A stretch of 64,000 nucleotides of DNA from Candidatus Woesebacteria bacterium GW2011_GWB1_39_12 (GTDB lineage: Bacteria; Patescibacteriota; Microgenomatia; UBA8517), in NCBI GenBank assembly GCA_000993405.1, contig LBWB01000007.1, positions 8,383 to 72,382 of the forward strand, read 5' to 3'. Shown in pieces: positions 60,849 through 64,000 of this stretch (positions within the stretch are counted from its first letter, which is position 1; each line of letters starts with the position of its first letter). Made by a program: the position numbers and the translations under genes. The notes below the pieces were generated by a model. That model did no database searches, was not told the DNA's origin, and saw only the letters and a program-made list of their open reading frames with translations.

Positions 60849-61556
60849 TTAAAATGAATGCGGTCGCAGTATAATTTCAGAATTCTTAACAAACATAAAG
60901 GAGCGAGGCCTGTCTCTTACTTCGCCGTCAACAACACTTTTTCTTCCCAAAATAAACCAGGGTGAGATATTGTAGGCCGCAACATAACCATGAAGTGCAT
61001 CAACAACATGGCTTTGATAGCCGGGATCAGTTTTTTTGATGTAGTCATGTCCGGCTACTATTCCGCCGGGGCGTACTCTTTTGGACCACTCAACTAAGTC
61101 GTGTGCTACATGACTGAATTCGTGACTGGCATCAATATAGACAAAATCGAGGGATTCGTATTTAAAACTTTTGACCGCATCAGCGCTTAATTTTTTTATG
61201 AGTTTGCAATTGTATTTGGCGAGTCTTTTTTTGGCTTCTTTGTAAATCTTGTCCATTGTCTTTTGGTTAGTATGATCCCGGTAGCCATTGTATACCTGCC
61301 AAGCGTCGACAGAAAATAATCTTAGTTTGGGATTGGAACGGAGTAGAATTTCTGAGTATTCTCCTCGTTCTATGCCGACTTCAGTTCCTATTGTAAAGCC
61401 TAATTCGTTAAAGAGTTTAGCCAATTCCACACGGCCAAAGTTAGGAATTTCAATAGGGGATTTTGTTGTCAAGTCTAGATTAAATTTATTGGCAATGTGG
61501 TCCAATGTTTTGTCTATTTCATTCATGATATTTTTCGATGTCATAGTCGTTCCCAA
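60849..61556 (-). CDS. TylF/MycF-type class I SAM-dependent O-methyltransferase
   Basis: GTEVGIERGEYSE...YIDASHEFSHVAHDL...GGIVAGHDY. Paralogue of 57365..58021. Confidence 0.6.
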   Translation of the reverse strand: MGTTMTSKNIMNEIDKTLDHIANKFNLDLTTKSPIEIPNFGRVELAKLFNELGFTIGTEVGIERGEYSEILLRSNPKLRLFSVDAWQVYNGYRDHTNQKTMDKIYKEAKKRLAKYNCKLIKKLSADAVKSFKYESLDFVYIDASHEFSHVAHDLVEWSKRVRPGGIVAGHDYIKKTDPGYQSHVVDALHGYVAAYNISPWFILGRKSVVDGEVRDRPRSFMFVKNSEIILRPHSF

Positions 61557-62407
61557 AAACCGGATGCGATTCGCTCCCAGTTAAAACGTTCTTTAGCAAG
61601 ATTAATTTCGGATGGGGTTATGGGTCTTGCACCATTACGAAAAATGACTTCCAGAGAGTCAATGACTTCAGCCCGGGAGTTTTCCGGAATAAATACGGCA
61701 AATTCATTAAACCAAGCTCGGTAGTGAGGTCGATCAAACATTATTGGCCGAGCCCCGCAGAGAAACCCCTCGGCAGCTGGCAGTTCGAAACCCTCAAATC
61801 TCCGTAATCCGGATACGAATTCGCAGGCGCTGTAATGTTCGGCGAGTAGGTTGTCACTAATTCCTTTGCTGCATTCTACATCTTCCCCCAAGTGGAGTTC
61901 GCGACCGACGTGGAAAACCGGCCTACCAACTTTTCTGGCGGCCTTCACCGCTTCGCGTACACCCTCGGTTAAATAATCCGGGCCGCTTGTGGCTATAATA
62001 AATTTCTTCTCTACATTTGTAGGTTTAAATATAGCAGCATCAGCCCCAAGCGGTGTGTAATAAAAATTAAAGTTAGCCAGTTCTTGGTCTTCACGGCAGA
62101 GTACGGGTAGATTTAGGAAACTAACTACAACCTCAGCTTTTTGCCATAAAGGAAGCCAGCTTTCAGTCGAAGGCTTGAGAGTGCGACGCAAAGCGTGTTG
62201 TAAAACTGCGAATTTTTTACCTTCATTTGCCAAATGTTCAGCCAAGCTTAACACCCGGTCGTGGCGTCCGACTACATGGATGATTACCAAGTCTGCGTTG
62301 TCCCTGTTATCAACTATCTGAATAGATTCGGGTGCATATAGGGTAAATGCGTTATTAATCCGTGCCAGTGCCCGGTCGTCGGGTGGAGTTTCGAAATAGA
62401 CTCTCAT
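61541..62407 (-). CDS. Hypothetical protein, paralogue family B (possible glycosyltransferase)
   Basis: See 59971..60840. Confidence 0.5.
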   Translation of the reverse strand: MRVYFETPPDDRALARINNAFTLYAPESIQIVDNRDNADLVIIHVVGRHDRVLSLAEHLANEGKKFAVLQHALRRTLKPSTESWLPLWQKAEVVVSFLNLPVLCREDQELANFNFYYTPLGADAAIFKPTNVEKKFIIATSGPDYLTEGVREAVKAARKVGRPVFHVGRELHLGEDVECSKGISDNLLAEHYSACEFVSGLRRFEGFELPAAEGFLCGARPIMFDRPHYRAWFNEFAVFIPENSRAEVIDSLEVIFRNGARPITPSEINLAKERFNWERIASGFWERL

Positions 62408-63121
62408 TTAATTTTTCTTCCTTAAAACCAAATGATAACTTTTTCGTTCATTACGGACCCACTGGTTGTCAAAATTTGCTTCGGTTTGGCTATCGCGACG
62501 GAAACCGAGTTTGGAAATTTTATCTAGCCACCAGTTTAAGTCCTCATGGATCCGGTGCATGTCAACCTGATACTTCGGATTTATGGATTTTTTGTTGGCA
62601 ATACTTATCACAAACATTCCGTCTGTCTTCAGGTGATTGGCAACATTGGTAAAAAGTTGTTCTAGGTCAGGTTCGGGGATGTGTTCCATAACTTCCCAGG
62701 CCGTGATAACGTCAAATTGATAAAGCTTTTCATCACCTCGATGGATTATAAATGGTTTGGTAATGTCGCAGGTAAAAAGGTTATCGGGTATTATTGACCA
62801 ATCACCCCAAGCGGTTTTTTGGTATCGATCAGTACCTTCGAGTCCTATCGCTATGCGGCCTTCATCAATACAATCTTTGATAAAACCACCACCGCCACAT
62901 CCCAGGTCTAATACAGAGGCGGTTTTAGGTAGACGAGCATTAAACTTAGAATTACGAGAGTTGTATTTGGTGTGCATTGTCGGCATTGGATAGCGATACT
63001 CGTATGAATCTAGTGCTAAGGGGTAATTTGTCTTTAAGTAGAATTTCATCGCGTTAGAGATCCGACTCGCTTTAGGCGTGTCGGCAAAAATTTCTAATTT
63101 TTTATCTCTAACGGGATTCAT
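62408..63121 (-). CDS. Class I SAM-dependent methyltransferase
   Basis: Motif I VLDLGCGGGGF and motif II region ...FDVITAWEVMEHI. Confidence 0.65.
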   Translation of the reverse strand: MNPVRDKKLEIFADTPKASRISNAMKFYLKTNYPLALDSYEYRYPMPTMHTKYNSRNSKFNARLPKTASVLDLGCGGGGFIKDCIDEGRIAIGLEGTDRYQKTAWGDWSIIPDNLFTCDITKPFIIHRGDEKLYQFDVITAWEVMEHIPEPDLEQLFTNVANHLKTDGMFVISIANKKSINPKYQVDMHRIHEDLNWWLDKISKLGFRRDSQTEANFDNQWVRNERKSYHLVLRKKN

Positions 63122-63125
63122 TTAT

Positions 63126-63842
63126 TTATATTACCTTGAGCATTGTACCCTCCTTGATCATCTTGACTCCATCATTCCATCTACCTAGAGCGATTTTTAC
63201 TCTTGCGCGAAGTCCGTTTTCTGTGTACCTGGCAGTATTGATATATAGTCGCTCTAATGAAGTGTTTCTGGAAATGTAGCGGTAGTGAAGTAGTAGTATC
63301 TTTGCCCAGGAATGACTAGCACCTTTTGGAAGATAAGTAATATGCTTTCCCATATTAAACCTTACATTTATCTCCGGGTTAAAGATGATCATTTTGTCGT
63401 ATAAATGGGACCTAACCCCGAAGTAGCATTCTTCATAAATCTGCCCTTTTGTTGTGGGAAAGTTTTCCGAAAACATTGTCATTCCTGAGGCCTTTATTGC
63501 TTTTATACCCCTTTCTTGTTGTTGCGATAATACGCCGATAATATCTTTGTTGTAGAGAAATTCGTCACCGTCTGGGCACATTACCCAGTTTGCAACACCC
63601 CGGCTGTATTTTTTGTAAAACTTATAGAAGCAGGCATTATGGTATTTACTGAAATCTCCCCTGAAGTTATAACTCAATAACGTGACTTTGGGATTTTTCT
63701 TTGCAATCTCAATGGTTTTGTCTGTGCTGCCGTCATCAGTGATAAATATCCTGTCTGCAAAAGTTGAGTAGTAACGCAAGAAATAGGGGAGTAGACGTTC
63801 CTCATTTTTCATTACACTATAGACGTGTATTATCATTGACAT
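63126..63842 (-). CDS. GT-A fold (family 2-like) glycosyltransferase
   Basis: IIHVYSVMKNEERLLPYFLRYYSTFADRIFITDDGSTDKT has the GT2 N-terminal pattern with a DDG motif. Confidence 0.5.
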   Translation of the reverse strand: MSMIIHVYSVMKNEERLLPYFLRYYSTFADRIFITDDGSTDKTIEIAKKNPKVTLLSYNFRGDFSKYHNACFYKFYKKYSRGVANWVMCPDGDEFLYNKDIIGVLSQQQERGIKAIKASGMTMFSENFPTTKGQIYEECYFGVRSHLYDKMIIFNPEINVRFNMGKHITYLPKGASHSWAKILLLHYRYISRNTSLERLYINTARYTENGLRARVKIALGRWNDGVKMIKEGTMLKVI

Positions 63843-64000
63843 ATTGCTATTGCTACACCTTTATCATCAGGCTTACATGGGTATATGATTCCCAGATCGT
63901 TTTTTTGGATAAACATCTCGGTGTTTGAGAAATGCTTTTTTAAGGCTTCGGAAAACTCGTTCAGTCTATATTCGAATAAATGGAACTTGCTTCTTGCAAA

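Noticed and set aside
62362-62993. Plus-strand ORFs 62362..62652 and 62757..62993
   Set aside because: They are antisense to the methyltransferase gene 62408..63121, which has clear SAM-binding motifs.

Overview
Low-GC (about 40%), gene-dense window that looks like a small-genome bacterium (Candidate Phyla Radiation / Patescibacteria-like). Much of the left half is taken up by a highly atypical rRNA operon at 14.5-28 kb. The main contents are listed below.

- **Copper/thiol-redox island (0.2-8.7 kb).** It holds a TRASH/YHS metal-binding peptide, a DUF305 protein, a cupredoxin-like protein, the copper P-type ATPase CopA, two DUF1573 paralogues, thioredoxin, thioredoxin reductase and a DsbA-like protein.
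- **tRNAs.** tRNA-Glu, tRNA-Lys and tRNA-Gln sit near 9.3-9.8 kb.
- **16S rRNA.** It carries two AT-rich long-hairpin insertions, an intron of about 880 nt that encodes a LAGLIDADG homing endonuclease, and an apparent gap in the region equivalent to E. coli positions 950-1100.
- **16S-23S spacer.** It contains about 5 kb of protein-coding DNA, including a TraD/VirD4-like P-loop ATPase and a GC-rich gene for a secreted protein, followed by tRNA-Ile and tRNA-Ala.
- **23S rRNA.** It has at least five copies of the same family of quasi-palindromic insertion elements at the classic intervening-sequence (IVS) helices, plus an ORF-less insertion of about 430 nt near the sarcin-ricin region. 5S rRNA follows.
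- **Core genes downstream.** Ribosomal protein S1, RadA, a degraded four-helix-bundle gene of the 23S-IVS-protein family, an LPXTG protein with its sortase, Rho, an M23/LysM peptidase, tRNA-Ala(CGC), and TatC with two TatA genes.
- **Giant repeat surface protein.** A 1312-aa protein is built from about 150 SPSASx hexapeptide repeats, and its C-terminal module recurs in the next small ORF.
- **Two-component signalling module.**
- **Glycosyltransferase/methyltransferase cluster (about 10 kb).** It is made of tandemly duplicated paralogues and includes GT-A enzymes with a ppGalNAc-T-like CDAHC motif. A BrnT/BrnA toxin-antitoxin pair is embedded in it.

Several short repeat families (a REP-like palindrome, a roughly 50-bp repeat and a conserved leader-like element) are scattered through the intergenic regions.
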